NCBI GenBank assembly: GCA_964057225.1
Contig: OZ059900.1
Location: 16,244,001 to 16,308,000 of the forward strand
Length of the DNA: 64,000 bases
Source: Auanema rhodensis
Lineage: Eukaryota; Animalia; Nematoda
Direction: 5' to 3'
Of this stretch, positions 1 to 13,887 are shown piece after piece. Every line of letters begins with the position of its first letter. The stretch's first letter is position 1. Below the pieces are notes generated by a model that worked only from the letters and a program-made list of their open reading frames with translations, was not told the origin of the DNA and did no database searches. Both the position numbers and the translations under genes were made by a program.

Positions 1-7
1 TCTAGTG

Positions 8-50
8 TTCAGCTTGTAAAATGCTTCATTTTAGTATGTAACACGCTGAA
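8..50. other. Imperfect inverted repeat (potential hairpin/cruciform), present in essentially every monomer
   Basis: Consensus TTCAGCATGT (mp8-17) pairs 9/10 with ACACGCTGAA (mp41-50) and encloses the perfect TAAAATG-CTT-CATTTTA (mp17-33). Confidence 0.8.
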
Positions 51-307
51 ATTCGTTGCATTTGACGACTCATATGAACAAAAATCGATTTAATCAATAT
101 TAGCCATAAGGGGCGTGCCCTCAGAATATGCTAATTTCCTTAATTTTCTAACCCCTGTTTTTTTGTCGTGAAAGTGGAACTAGACGTTGTACGAACAATT
201 TTAAGCTAGGTTTCATTGACATTGCATGAGTTTGAACACATGAAATCGTAAGTCAAAACCTTGTTTACATCGAAATTTCCAAAAACTGGTTTTCCAGCAT
301 AATAAAA

Positions 308-325
308 TATTTCTCATGGGAAATA
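308..325. other. 18-bp quasi-palindrome TATTTCTCATGGGAAATA in each monomer
   Basis: Only one mismatched pair (T314/G319). The variant TATTTCTCATGAGAAATA at ~10578, 12289 and 13316 is a perfect palindrome. Confidence 0.85.
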
Positions 326-3300
326 CTGTGTTTTTGTATTGTTCTAGTGTTCAGCATGTAAAATGCTTCATTTTAGTATGTAACACGCTGAAATTCGTTG
401 CATTTGACGACTCATATGAACAAAAATCGATTTAATCAATATTAGCCATAAGGGGCGTGCCCTCAGAATATGCTTATTTCCTTAATTTTCTAACCCCTGT
501 TTTTTTGTCGTGAAAGTGGAACTAGACGTTGTACGAACAATTTTAAGCTAGGTTTCATTGACATTGCATGAGTTTGAACACATGAAATCGTAAGTCAAAA
601 CCTTGTTTACAGCGAAATTTCCAAAAACTGGTTTTCCAGCATAATAAAATATTTCTCATGGGAAATACTGTGTTTTTGTATTTTTCTAGTGTTCAGCATG
701 TAAAATGCTTCATATTAGTATGTAACACGCTGAAATTCGTTGCATTTGACGACTCATATGAACAAAAATCGATTTAATCAATATTAGCCATAAGGGGCGT
801 GCCCTCAGAATATGCTAATTTCCTTAATTTTCTAACCCCTGTTTTTTTGTCGTGAAAGTGGAACTAGACGTTGTACGAACAATTTTGAGCTAAGTTTCAT
901 TGACATTGCATGAGTTTGAACACATGAAATCGTAAGTCAAAACCTTGTTTACAGCGAAATTTCCAAAAACTGGTTTTCCAGCATAATAAAATATTTCTCA
1001 TGGGAAATACTGTGTTTTTGTTTTTTTCTAGTGTTCAGCATGTAAAATGCTTCATTTTAGTATGTAACACGCTGAAATTCGTTGCATTTGACGACTCATA
1101 TGAACAAAAATCGATTTAATCAATATTAGCCATAAGGGGCGTGCCCTCAGAATATGCTAATTTCCTTAATTTTCTAACCCCTGTTTTTTTGTCGTGAAAG
1201 TGGAACTAGACGTTGTACGAACAATTTTGAGCTACGTTTCATTGACATTGCATGAGTTTGAACACATGAAATCGTAAGTCAAAACCTTGTTTACAGCGAA
1301 ATTTCCAAAAACTGGTTTTCCAGCATAATAAAATATTTCTCATGGGAAATACTGTGTTTTTGTATTTTTCTAGTGTTCAGCTTGTAAAATGCTTCATTTT
1401 AGTATGTAACACGCTGAAATTCGTTGCATTTGACGACTCATATGAACAAAAATCGATTTAATCAATATTAGCCATAAGGGGCGTGCCCTCAGAATATGCT
1501 AATTTCCTTAATTTTCTAACCCCTGTTTTTTTGTCGTGAAAGTGGAACTAGACGTTGTACGAACAATTTTAAGCTAGGTTTCATTGACATTGCATGAGTT
1601 TGAACACATGAAATCGTAAGTCAAAACCTTGTTTACAGCGAAATTTCCAAAAACTGGTTTTCCAGCATAATAAAATATTTCTCATGGGAAATACTGTGTT
1701 TTTGTATTTTTCTAGTGTTCAGCTTGTAAAATGCTTCATTTTAGTATGTAACACGCTGAAATTCGTTGCATTTGACGACTCATATGAACAAAAATCGATT
1801 TAATCAATATTAGCCATAAGGGGCGTGCCCTCAGAATATGCTAATTTCCTTAATTTTCTAACCCCTGTTTTTTTGTCGTGAAAGTGGAACTAGACGTTGT
1901 ACGAACAATTTTAAGCTAGGTTTCATTGACATTGCATGAGTTTGAACACATGAAATCGTAAGTGAAAACCTTGTTTACATCGAAATTTCCAAAAACTGGT
2001 TTTCCAGCATAATAAAATATTTCTCATGGGAAATACTGTGTTTTTGTATTGTTCTAGTGTTCAGCATGTAAAATGCTTCATTTTAGTATGTAACACGCTG
2101 AAATTCGTTGCATTTGACGACTCATATGAACAAAAATCGATTTAATCAATATTAGCCATAAGGGGCGTGCCCTCAGAATATGCTTATTTCCTTAATTTTC
2201 TAACCCCTGTTTTTTTGTCGTGAAAATGGAACTAGACGTTGTACGAACAATTTTGAGCTAGGTTTCATTGACATTGCATGAGTTTGAACACATGAAATCG
2301 TAAGTCAAAACCTTGTTTACAGCGAAATTTCCAAAAACTGGTTTTCCAGCATAATAAAATATTTCTCATGGGAAATACTGTGTTTTTGTATTTTTCTAGT
2401 GTTCAGCATGTAAAATGCTTCATATTAGTATGTAACACGCTGAAATTCGTTGCATTTGACGACTCATATGAACAAAAATCGATTTAATCAATATTAGCCA
2501 TAAGGGGCGTGCCCTCAGAATATGCTAATTTCCTTAATTTTCTAACCCCTGTTTTTTTGTCGTGAAAGTGGAACTAGACGTTGTACGAACAATTTCGAGC
2601 TAAGTTTCATTGACATTGCATGAGTTTGAACACATGAAATCGTAAGTCAAAACCTTGTTTACAGCGAAATTTCCAAAAACTGGTTTTCCAGCATAATAAA
2701 ATATTTCTCATGGGAAATACTGTGTTTTTGTTTTTTTCTAGTGTTCAGCATGTAAAATGCTTCATTTTAGTATGTAACATGCAGAAATTCGTTGCATTTG
2801 ACGACTCATATGAACAAAAATCGATTTAATCAATATTAGCCATAAGGGGCGTGCCCTCAGAATATGCTAATTTCCTTAATTTTCTAACCCCTGTTTTTTT
2901 GTCGTGAAAGTGGAACTAGACGTTGTACGAACAATTTTGAGCTAAGTTTCATTGACATTGCATGAGTTTGAACACATGAAATCGTAAGTCAAAACCTTGT
3001 TTACAGCGAAATTTCCAAAAACTGGTTTTCCAGCATAATAAAATATTTCTCATGGGAAATACTGTGTTTTTGTTTTTTTCTAGTGTTCAGCATGTAAAAT
3101 GCTTCATTTTAGTATGTAACACGCTGAAATTCGTTGCATTTGACGACTCATATGAACAAAAATCGATTTAATCAATATTAGCCATAAGGGGCGTGCCCTC
3201 AGAATATGCTAATTTCCTTAATTTTCTAACCCCTGTTTTTTTGTCGTGAAAGTGGAACTAGACGTTGTACGAACAATTTTGAGCTAGGTTTCATTGACAT

Positions 3301-6300
3301 TGCAAGAGTTTGAACACATGAAATCGTAAGTCAAAACCTTGTTTACAGCGAAATTTCCAAAAACTGGTTTTCCAGCATAATAAAATATTTCTCATGGGAA
3401 ATACTGTGTTTTTGTATTTTTCTAGTGTTCAGCTTGTAAAATGCTTCATTTTAGTATGTAACACGCTGAAATTCGTTGCATTTGACGACTCATATGAACA
3501 AAAATCGATTTAATCAATATTAGCCATAAGGGGCGTGCCCTCAGAATATGCTAATTTCCTTAATTTTCTAACCCCTGTTTTTTTGTCGTGAAAGTGGAAC
3601 TAGACGTTGTACGAACAATTTTGAGCTAGGTTTCATTGACATTGCATGAGTTTGAACACATGAAATCGTAAGTCAAAACCTTGTTTACAGCGAAATTTCC
3701 AAAAACTGGTTTTCCAGCATAATAAAATATTTCTCATGGGAAATACTGTGTTTTTGTATTTTTCTAGTGTTCAGCATGTAAAATGCTTCATTTTAGTATG
3801 TAACACGCTGAAATTCGTTGCATTTGACGACTCATATGAACAAAAATCGATTTAATCAATATTAGCCATAAGGGGCGTGCCCTCAGAATATGCTAATTTC
3901 CTTAATTTTCTAACCCTTGTTTTTTTGTCGTGAAAGTGGAACTAGACGTTGTACGAACAATTTTGAGCTAGGTTTCATTGACATTGCATGAGTTTGAACA
4001 CATGAAATCGTAAGTCAAAACCTTGTTTACAGCGAAATTTCCAAAAACTGGTTTTCCAGCATAATAAAATATTTCTCATGGGAAATACTGTGTTTTTGTA
4101 TTTTTCTAGTGTTCAGCATGTAAAATGCTTCATTTTAGTATGTAACACGCTGTAATTCGTTGCATTTGACGACTCATATGAACAAAAATCGATTTAATCA
4201 ATATTAGCCATAAGGGGCGTGCCCTCAGAATATGCTAATTTCCTTAATTTTCTAACCCCTGTTTTTTTGTCGTGAAAGTGGAACTAGACGTTGTACAAAC
4301 AATTTTGAGCTAGGTTTCATTGACATTGCATGAGTTTGAACACATGAAATCGTAAGTCAAAACCTTGTTTACAGCGAAATTTCCAAAAACTGGTTTTCCA
4401 GCATAATAAAATATTTCTCATGGGAAATACTGTGTTTTTGTATTTTTCTAGTGTTCAGCATGTAAAATGCTTCATTTTAGTATGTAACACGCTGAAATTC
4501 GTTGCATTTGACGACTCATATGAACAAAAATCGATTTAATCAATATTAGCCATAAGGGGCGTGCCCTCAGAATATGCTAATTTCCTTAATTTTCTAACCC
4601 CTGTTTTTTTGTCGTGAAAGTGGAACTAGACGTTGTACGAACAATTTTGAGCTAGGTTTCATTGACATTGCATGAGTTTGAACACATGAAATCGTAAGTC
4701 AAAACCTTGTTTACAGCGAAATTTCCAAAAACTGGTTTTCCAGCATAATAAAATATTTCTCATGGGAAATACTGTGTTTTTGTATTTTTCTAGTGTTCAG
4801 CATGTAAAATGCTTCATTTTAGTATGTAACACGCTGAAATTCGTTGCATTTGACGACTCATATGAACAAAAATCGATTTAATCAATATTAGCCATAAGGG
4901 GCGTGCCCTCAGAATATGCTAATTTCCTTAATTTTCTAACCCTTGTTTTTTTGTCGTGAAAGTGGAACTAGACGTTGTACGAACAATTTTGAGCTAGGTT
5001 TCATTGACATTGCATGAGTTTGAACACATGAAATCGTAAGTCAAAACCTTGTTTACAGCGAAATTTCCAAAAACTGGTTTTCCAGCATAATAAAATATTT
5101 CTCATGGGAAATACTGTGTTTTTGTATTTTTCTAGTGTTCAGCATGTAAAATGCTTCATTTTAGTATGTAACACGCTGAAATTCGTTGCATTTGACGACT
5201 CATATGAACAAAAATCGATTTAATCAATATTAGCCATAAGGGGCGTGCCCTCAGAATATGCTAATTTCCTTAATTTTCTAACCCCTGTTTTTTTGTCGTG
5301 AAAGTGGAACTAGACGTTGTACAAACAATTTTGAGCTAGGTTTCATTGACATTGCATGAGTTTGAACACATGAAATCGTAAGTCAAAACCTTGTTTACAG
5401 CGAAATTTCCAAAAACTGGTTTTCCAGCATAATAAAATATTTCTCATGGGAAATACTGTGTTTTTGTATTTTTCTAGTGTTCAGCATGTAAAATGCTTCA
5501 TTTTAGTATGTAACACGCTGAAATTCGTTGCATTTGACGACTCATATGAACAAAAATCGATTTAATCAATATTAGCCATAAGGGGCGTGCCCTCAGAATA
5601 TGCTAATTTCCTTAATTTTCTAACCCTTGTTTTTTTGTCGTGAAAGTGGAACTAGACGTTGTACGAACAATTTTGAGCTAAGTTTCATTGACATTGCATG
5701 AGTTTGAACACATGAAATCGTAAGTCAAAACCTTGTTTACAGCGAAATTTCCAAAAACTGGTTTTCCAGCATAATAAAATATTTCTCATGGGAAATACTG
5801 TGTTTTTGTATTTTTCTAGTGTTCAGCATGTAAAATGCTTCATTTTAGTATGTAACACGCTGAAATTCGTTGCATTTGACGACTCATATGAACAAAAATC
5901 GATTTAATCAATATTAGCCATAAGGGGCGTGCCCTCAGAATATGCTAATTTCCTTAATTTTCTAACCCCTGTTTTTTTGTCGTGAAAGTGGAACTAGACG
6001 TTGTACAAACAATTTTGAGCTAGGTTTCATTGACATTGCATGAGTTTGAACACATGAAATCGTAAGTCAAAACCTTGTTTACAGCGAAATTTCCAAAAAC
6101 TGGTTTTCCAGCATAATAAAATATTTCTCATGGGAAATACTGTGTTTTTGTATTTTTCTAGTGTTCAGCATGTAAAATGCTTCATTTTAGTATGTAACAC
6201 GCTGAAATTCGTTGCATTTGACGACTCATATGAACAAAAATCGATTTAATCAATATTAGCCATAAGGGGCGTGCCCTCAGAATATGCTAATTTCCTTAAT

Positions 6301-9300
6301 TTTCTAACCCCTGTTTTTTTGTCGTGAAAGTGGAACTAGACGTTGTACGAACAATTTTGAGCTAAGTTTCATTGACATTGCATGAGTTTGAACACATGAA
6401 ATCGTAAGTCAAAACCTTGTTTACAGCGAAATTTCCAAAAACTGGTTTTCCAGCATAATAAAATATTTCTCATGGGAAATACTGTGTTTTTGTATTTTTC
6501 TAGTGTTCAGCATGTAAAATGCTTCATTTTAGTATGTAACACGCTGAAATTCGTTGCATTTGACGACTCATATGAACAAAAATCGATTTAATCAATATTA
6601 GCCATAAGGGGCGTGCCCTCAGAATATGCTAATTTCCTTAATTTTCTAACCCCTGTTTTTTTGTCGTGAAAGTGGAACTAGACGTTGTACGAACAATTTT
6701 GAGCTAGGTTTCATTGACATTGCATGAGTTTGAACACATGAAATCGTAAGTCAAAACCTTGTTTACAGCGAAATTTCCAAAAACTGGTTTTCCAGCATAA
6801 TAAAATATTTTTCATGGGTAATACTGTGTTTTTGTATTTTTCTAGTGTTCAGCATGTAAAATGCTTCATTTTAGTATGTAACACGCTGAAATTCGTTGCA
6901 TTTGACGACTCATATGAACAAAAATCGATTTAATCAATATTAGCAATAAGGGGCGTGCCCTCAGAATATGCTAATTTCCTTAATTTTCTAACCCCTGTTT
7001 TTTTGTCGTGAAAGTGGAACTAGACGTTGTACGAACAATTTTGAGCTAGGTTTCATTGACATTGCATGAGTTTGAACACATGAAATCGTAAGTCAAACCT
7101 TGTTTACAGCGAAATTTCCAAAAACTGGTTTTCCAGCATAATAAAATATTTCTCATGGGAAATACTGTGTTTTTGTATTTTTCTAGTGTTCAGCATGTAA
7201 AATGCTTCATTTAAGTATGTAACACGCTAAAATTCGTTGCATTTGACGACTCATATGAACAAAAATCGATTTAATCAATATTAGCCATAAGGGGCGTGCC
7301 CTCAGAATATGCTAATTTCCTTAATTTTCTAACCCCTGTTTTTTTGTCGTGAAAGTGGAACTAGACGTTGTACGAACAATTTTGAGCTAGGTTTCATTGA
7401 CATTGCATGAGTTTGAACACATGAAATCGTAAGTCAAAACCTTGTTTACAGCGAAATTTCCAAAAACTGGTTCTCCAGCATAATAAAATATTTCTCATGG
7501 GAAATACTGTGTTTTTGTATTTTTCTAGTGTTCAGCATGTAAAATGCTTCAGTTTAGTATGTAACACGCTGAAATTCGTTGCATTTGACGACTCATATGA
7601 ACAAAAATCGATTTAATCAATATTAGCCATAAGGGGCGTGCCCTCAGAATATGCTAATTTCCTTAATTTTCTAACCCTTGTTTTTTTGTCGTGAAAGTGG
7701 AACTAGACGTTGTACGAACAATTTTGAGCTAAGTTTCATTGACATTGCATGAGTTTGAACACATGAAATCGTAAGTCAAAACCTTGTTTACAGCGAAATT
7801 TCCAAAAACTGGTTTTCCAGCATAATAAAATATTTCTCATGGGAAATACTGTGTTTTTGTATTTTTCTAGTGTTCAGCATGTAAAATGCTTCATTTTAGT
7901 ATGTAACACGCTGAAATTCGTTGCATTTGACGACTCATATGAACAAAAATCGATTTAATCAATATTAGCCATAAGGGGCGTGCCCTCAGAATATGCTAAT
8001 TTCCTTAATTTTCTAACCCCTGTTTTTTTGTCGTGAAAGTGGAACTAGACGTTGTACAAACAATTTTGAGCTAGGTTTCATTGACATTGCATGAGTTTGA
8101 ACACATGAAATCGTAAGTCAAAACCTTGTTTACAGCGAAATTTCCAAAAACTGGTTTTCCAGCATAATAAAATATTTCTCATGGGAAATACTGTGTTTTT
8201 GTATTTTTCTAGTGTTCAGCATGTAAAATGCTTCATTTTAGTATGTAACACGCTGAAATTCGTTGCATTTGACGACTCATATGAACAAAAATCGATTTAA
8301 TCAATATTAGCCATAAGGGGCGTGCCCTCAGAATATGCTAATTTCCTTAATTTTCTAACCCCTGTTTTTTTGTCGTGAAAGTGGAACTAGACGTTGTACG
8401 AACAATTTTGAGCTAAGTTTCATTGACATTGCATGAGTTTGAACACATGAAATCGTAAGTCAAAACCTTGTTTACAGCGAAATTTCCAAAAACTGGTTTT
8501 CCAGCATAATAAAATATTTCTCATGGGAAATACTGTGTTTTTGTTTTTTTCTAGTGTTCAGCATGTAAAATGCTTCATTTTAGTATGTAACATGCAGAAA
8601 TTCGTTGCATTTGACGACTCATATGAACAAAAATCGATTTAATCAATATTAGCCATAAGGGGCGTGCCCTCAGAATATGCTAATTTCCTTAATTTTCTAA
8701 CCCTTGTTTTTTTGTCGTCAAAGTGGAACTAGACGTTGTACGAACAATTTTGAGCTAGGTTTCATTGACATTGCATGAGTTTGAACACATGAAATCGTAA
8801 GTCAAAACCTTGTTTACAGCGAAATTTCCAAAAACTGGTTTTCCAGCATAATAAAATATTTCTCATGGGAAATACTGTGTTTTTGTATTTTTCTAGTGTT
8901 CAGCATGTAAAATGCTTCATTTTAGTATGTAACACGCTGAAATTCGTTGCATTTGACGACTCATATGAACAAAAATCGATTTAATCAATATTAGCCATAA
9001 GGGGCGTGCCCTCAGAATATGCTAACTTCCTTAATTTTCTAACCCCTGTTTTTTTGTCGTGAAAGTGGAACTAGACGTTGTACGAACAATTTTGAGCTAG
9101 GTTTCATTGACATTGCATGAGTTTGAACACATGAAATCGTAAGTCAAAACCTTGTTTACAGCGAAATTTCCAAAAACTGGTTTTCCAGCATAATAAACTA
9201 TTTCTCATGGGAAATACTGTGTTTTTGTTTTTTTCTAGTGTTCAGCATGTAAAATGCTTCATTTTAGTATGTAACACGCTGAAATTCGTTGCATTTGACG

Positions 9301-11299
9301 ACTCATATGAACAAAAATCGATTTAATCAATATTAGCCATAAGGGGCGTGCCCTCAGAATATGCTAATTTCCTTAATTTTCTAACCCCTGTTTTTTTGTC
9401 GTGAAAGTGGAACTAGACGTTGTACGAACAATTTTGAGCTAAGTTTCATTGACATTGCATGAGTTTGAACACATGAAATCGTAAGTCAAAACCTTGTTTA
9501 CAGCGAAATTTCCAAAAACTGGTTTTCCAGCATAATAAAATATTTCTCATGGGAAATACTGTGTTTTTGTATTTTTCTAGTGTTCAGCTTGTAAAATGCT
9601 TCATTTTAGTATGTAACACGCTGAAATTCGTTGCATTTGACGACTCATATGAACAAAAATCGATTTAATCAATATTAGCCATAAGGGGCGTGCCCTCAGA
9701 ATATGCTAATTTCCTTAATTTTCTAACCCCTGTTTTTTTGTCGTGAAAGTGGAACTAGACGTTGTACGAACAATTTTGAGCTAGGTTTCATTGACATTGC
9801 ATGAGTTTGAACACATGAAATCGTAAGTCAAAACCTTGTTTACAGCGAAATTTCCAAAAACTGGTTTTCCAGCATAATAAAATATTTCTCATGGGAAATA
9901 CTGTGTTTTTGTATTTTTCTAGTGTTCAGCATGTAAAATGCTTCATTTTAGTATGTAACACGCTGAAATTCGTTGCATTTGACGACTCATATGAACAAAA
10001 ATCGATTTAATCAATATTAGCCATAAGGGGCGTGCCCTCAGAATATGCTAATTTCCTTAATTTTCTAACCCTTGTTTTTTTGTCGTGAAAGTGGAACTAG
10101 ACGTTGTACGAACAATTTTGAGCTAGGTTTCATTGACATTGCATGAGTTTGAACACATGAAATCGTAAGTCAAAACCTTGTTTACAGCGAAATTTCCAAA
10201 AACTGGTTTTCCAGCATAATAAAATATTTCTCATGGGAAATACTGTGTTTTTGTATTTTTCTAGTGTTCAGCATGTAAAATGGTTCATTTTAGTATGTAA
10301 CACGCTGAAATTCGTTGCATTTGACGACTCATATGAACAAAAATCGATTTAATCAATATTAGCCATAAGGGGCGTGCCCTCAGAATATGCTAATTTCCTT
10401 AATTTTCTAACCCTTGTTTTTTTGTCGTGAAAGTGGAACTAGACGTTGTACGAACAATTTTGAGCTAGGTTTCATTGACATTGCATGAGTTTGAACACAT
10501 GAAATCGTAAGTCAAAACCTTGTTTACAGCGAAATTTCCAAAAACTGGTTTTCCAGCATAATAAAATATTTCTCATGAGAAATACTGTGTTTTTGTATTT
10601 TTCTAGTGTTCAGCATGTAAAATGCTTCATTTTAGTATGTAACACGCTGAAATTCGTTGCATTTGACGACTCATATGAACAAAAATCGATTTAATCAATA
10701 TTAGCCATAAGGGGCGTGCCCTCAGAATATGCTAATTTCCTTAATTTTCTAACCCCTGTTTTTTTGTCGTGAAAGTGGAACTAGACGTTGTACGAACAAT
10801 TTTAAGCTAGGTTTCATTGACATTGCATGAGTTTGAACACATGAAATCGTAAGTCAAAACCTTGTTTACAGCGAAATTTCCAAAAACTGGTTTTCCAGCA
10901 TAATAAAATATTTCTCATGGGAAATACTGTGTTTTTGTATTTTTCTAGTGTTCAGCTTGTAAAATGCTTCATTTTAGTATGTAACACGCTGAAATTCGTT
11001 GCATTTGACGACTCATATGAACAAAAATCGATTTAATCAATATTAGCCATAAGGGGCGTGCCCTCAGAATATGCTAATTTCCTTAATTTTCTAACCCCTG
11101 TTTTTTTGTCGTGAAAGTGGAACTAGACGTTGTACGAACAATTTTGAGCTAAGTTTCTTTGACATTGCATGAGTTTGAACACATGAAATCGTAAGTCAAA
11201 ACCTTGTTTACAGCGAAATTTCCAAAAACTGGTTTTCCAGCATAATAAAATATTTCTCATGGGAAATACTGTGTTTTTGTATTTTTCTAGTGTTCAGCT

Positions 11300-13887
11300 T
11301 GTAAAATGCTTCATTTTAGTATGTAACACGCTGAAATTCGTTGCATTTGACGACTCATATGAACAAAAATCGATTTAATCAATATTAGCCATAAGGGGCG
11401 TGCCCTCAGAATATGCTAATTTCCTTAATTTTCTAACCCCTGTTTTTTTGTCGTGAAAGTGGAACTAGACGTTGTACGAACAATTTTAAGCTAGGTTTCA
11501 TTGACATTGCATGAGTTTGAACACATGAAATCGTAAGTCAAAACCTTGTTTACAGCGAAATTTCCAAAAACTGGTTTTCCAGCATAATAAAATATTTCTC
11601 ATGGGAAATACTGTGTTTTTGTATTTTTCTAGTGTTCAGCTTGTAAAATGCTTCATTTTAGTATGTAACACGCTGAAATTCGTTGCATTTGACGACTCAT
11701 ATGAACAAAAATCGATTTAATCAATATTAGCCATAAGGGGCGTGCCCTCAGAATATGCTAATTTCCTTAATTTTCTAACCCCTGTTTTTTTGTCGTGAAA
11801 GTGGAACTAGACGTTGTACGAACAATTTTGAGCTAGGTTTCATTGACATTGCATGAGTTTGAACACAAGAAAAAGTAAGTCAAAACCTTGTTTACAGCGA
11901 AATTTCCAAAAACTGGTTTTCCAGCATAATAAAATATTTCTCATGGGAAATACTGTGTTTTTGTATTTTTCTAGTGTTCAGCATGTAAAATGCTTCATTT
12001 TAGTATGTAACACGCTGAAATTTGTTGCATTTGACGACTCATATGAACAAAAATCGATTTAATCAATATTAGCCATAAGGGGCGTGCCCTCAGAATATGC
12101 TAATTTCCTTAATTTTCTAACCCCTGTTTTTTTTGTCGTGAAAGTGGAACTAGACGTTGTACGAACAATTTTGAGCTAGGTTTCATTGACATTGCATGAG
12201 TTTGAACACATGAAATCGTAAGTCAAAACCTTGTTTACAGCGAAATTTCCAAAAACTGGTTTTCCAGCATAATAAAATATTTCTCATGAGAAATACTGTG
12301 TTTTTGTATTTTTCTAGTGTTCAGCATGTAAAATGCTTCATTTTAGTATGTAACACGCTGAAATTCGTTGCATTTGACGACTCATATGAACAAAAATCGA
12401 TTTAATCAATATTAGCCATAAGGGGCGTGCCCTCAGAATATGCTAATTTCCTTAATTTTCTAACCCCTGTTTTTTTGTCGTGAAAGTGGAACTAGACGTT
12501 GTACGAACAATTTTAAGCTAGGTTTCATTGACATTGCATGAGTTTGAACACATGAAATCGTAAGTCAAAACCTTGTTTACAGCGAAATTTCCAAAAACTG
12601 GTTTTCCAGCATAATAAAATATTTCTCATGGGAAATACTGTGTTTTTGTATTTTTCTAGTGTTCAGCTTGTAAAATGCTTCATTTTAGTATGTAGCACGC
12701 TGAAATTCGTTGCATTTGACGACTCATATGAACAAAAATCGATTTAATCAATATTAGCCATAAGGGGCGTGCCCTCAGAATATGCTAATTTCCTTAATTT
12801 TCTAACCCCTGTTTTTTTGTCGTGAAAGTGGAACTAGACGTTGTACGAACAATTTTGAGCTAGGTTTCATTGACATTGCATGAGTTTGAACACAAGAAAA
12901 AGTAAGTCAAAACCTTGTTTACAGCGAAATTTCCAAAAACTGGTTTTCCAGCATAATAAAATATTTCTCATGGGAAATACTGTGTTTTTGTATTTTTCTA
13001 GTGTTCAGCATGTAAAATGCTTCATTTTAGTATGTAACACGCTGAAATTTGTTGCATTTGACGACTCATATGAACAAAAATCGATTTAATCAATATTAGC
13101 CATAAGGGGCGTGCCCTCAGAATATGCTAATTTCCTTAATTTTCTAACCCCTGTTTTTTTTGTCGTGAAAGTGGAACTAGACGTTGTACGAACAATTTTG
13201 AGCTAGGTTTCATTGACATTGCATGAGTTTGAACACATGAAATCGTAAGTCAAAACCTTGTTTACAGCGAAATTTCCAAAAACTGGTTTTCCAGCATAAT
13301 AAAATATTTCTCATGAGAAATACTGTGTTTTTGTATTTTTCTAGTGTTCAGCATGTAAAATGCTTCATTTTAGTATGTAACACGCTGAAATTCGTTGCAT
13401 TTGACGACTCATATGAACAAAAATCGATTTAATCAATATTAGCCATAAGGGGCGTGCCCTCAGAATATGCTAATTTCCTTAATTTTCTAACCCCTGTTTT
13501 TTTGTCGTGAAAGTGGAACTAGACGTTGTACGAACAATTTTAAGCTAGGTTTCATTGACATTGCATGAGTTTGAACACATGAAATCGTAAGTCAAAACCT
13601 TGTTTACAGCGAAATTTCCAAAAACTGGTTTTCCAGCATAATAAAATATTTCTCATGGGAAATACTGTGTTTTTGTATTTTTCTAGTGTTCAGCTTGTAA
13701 AATGCTTCATTTTAGTATGTAACACGCTGAAATTCGTTGCATTTGACGACTCATATGAACAAAAATCGATTTAATCAATATTAGCCATAAGGGGCGTGCC
13801 CTCAGAATATGCTAATTTCCTTAATTTTCTAACCCCTGTTTTTTTGTCGTGAAAGTGGAACTAGACGTTGTACGAACAATTTTGAGC
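11300..13887 (+). repeat. Local 3-monomer (1027-bp) tandem duplication within the array (boundaries approximate)
   Basis: Rare variants repeat at offset 1027: CACAAGAAAAGTAAG (11868/12895), AAATTTGTTG, an 8-T tract, and CATGAGAAA (12289/13316). Confidence 0.85.

Larger units (their letters stand above)
1..342 (+). repeat. Reference monomer (342 bp, ~34% GC)
   Basis: Hand count of the consensus gives 57 C + 59 G in 342 bp, 10 CpG and many A/T tracts. This first copy carries a few variants relative to consensus (A14T, G203A, G270T, T341G). Confidence 0.97.

Noticed and set aside
51-67. CENP-B-box-like ATTCGTTGCATTTGACG
   Set aside because: It matches the TTCG....A half of the canonical box but lacks the essential CGGG, so it cannot be called a functional box.
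148-155. Telomere-like CTAACCC
   Set aside because: Single isolated hexamer per monomer with no tandem telomeric run, consistent with chance.
1-342. 5S rRNA, tRNA, snRNA or spliced-leader tandem gene unit
   Set aside because: No recognisable 5S/tRNA conserved motifs, A/B boxes or cloverleaf. A covariance-model search (Infernal/Rfam) would be needed to exclude this formally.
1-342. Assignment to a named satellite family (e.g. primate alpha-satellite dimer 2x171, or ~340-360-bp beetle satellites)
   Set aside because: Only the length coincides. The sequence does not resemble alpha satellite, the internal homology offset is ~195 rather than 171, and I cannot recognise it as any named family without a database search.
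11853-13089. Two 69-aa ORFs (11853-12062, 12880-13089)
   Set aside because: They are created by a T>A change that removes the consensus TGA (ACATGA>ACAAGA) in one monomer, later copied by the 1027-bp duplication. There is no recognisable domain, and the same frame is interrupted in the other monomers.
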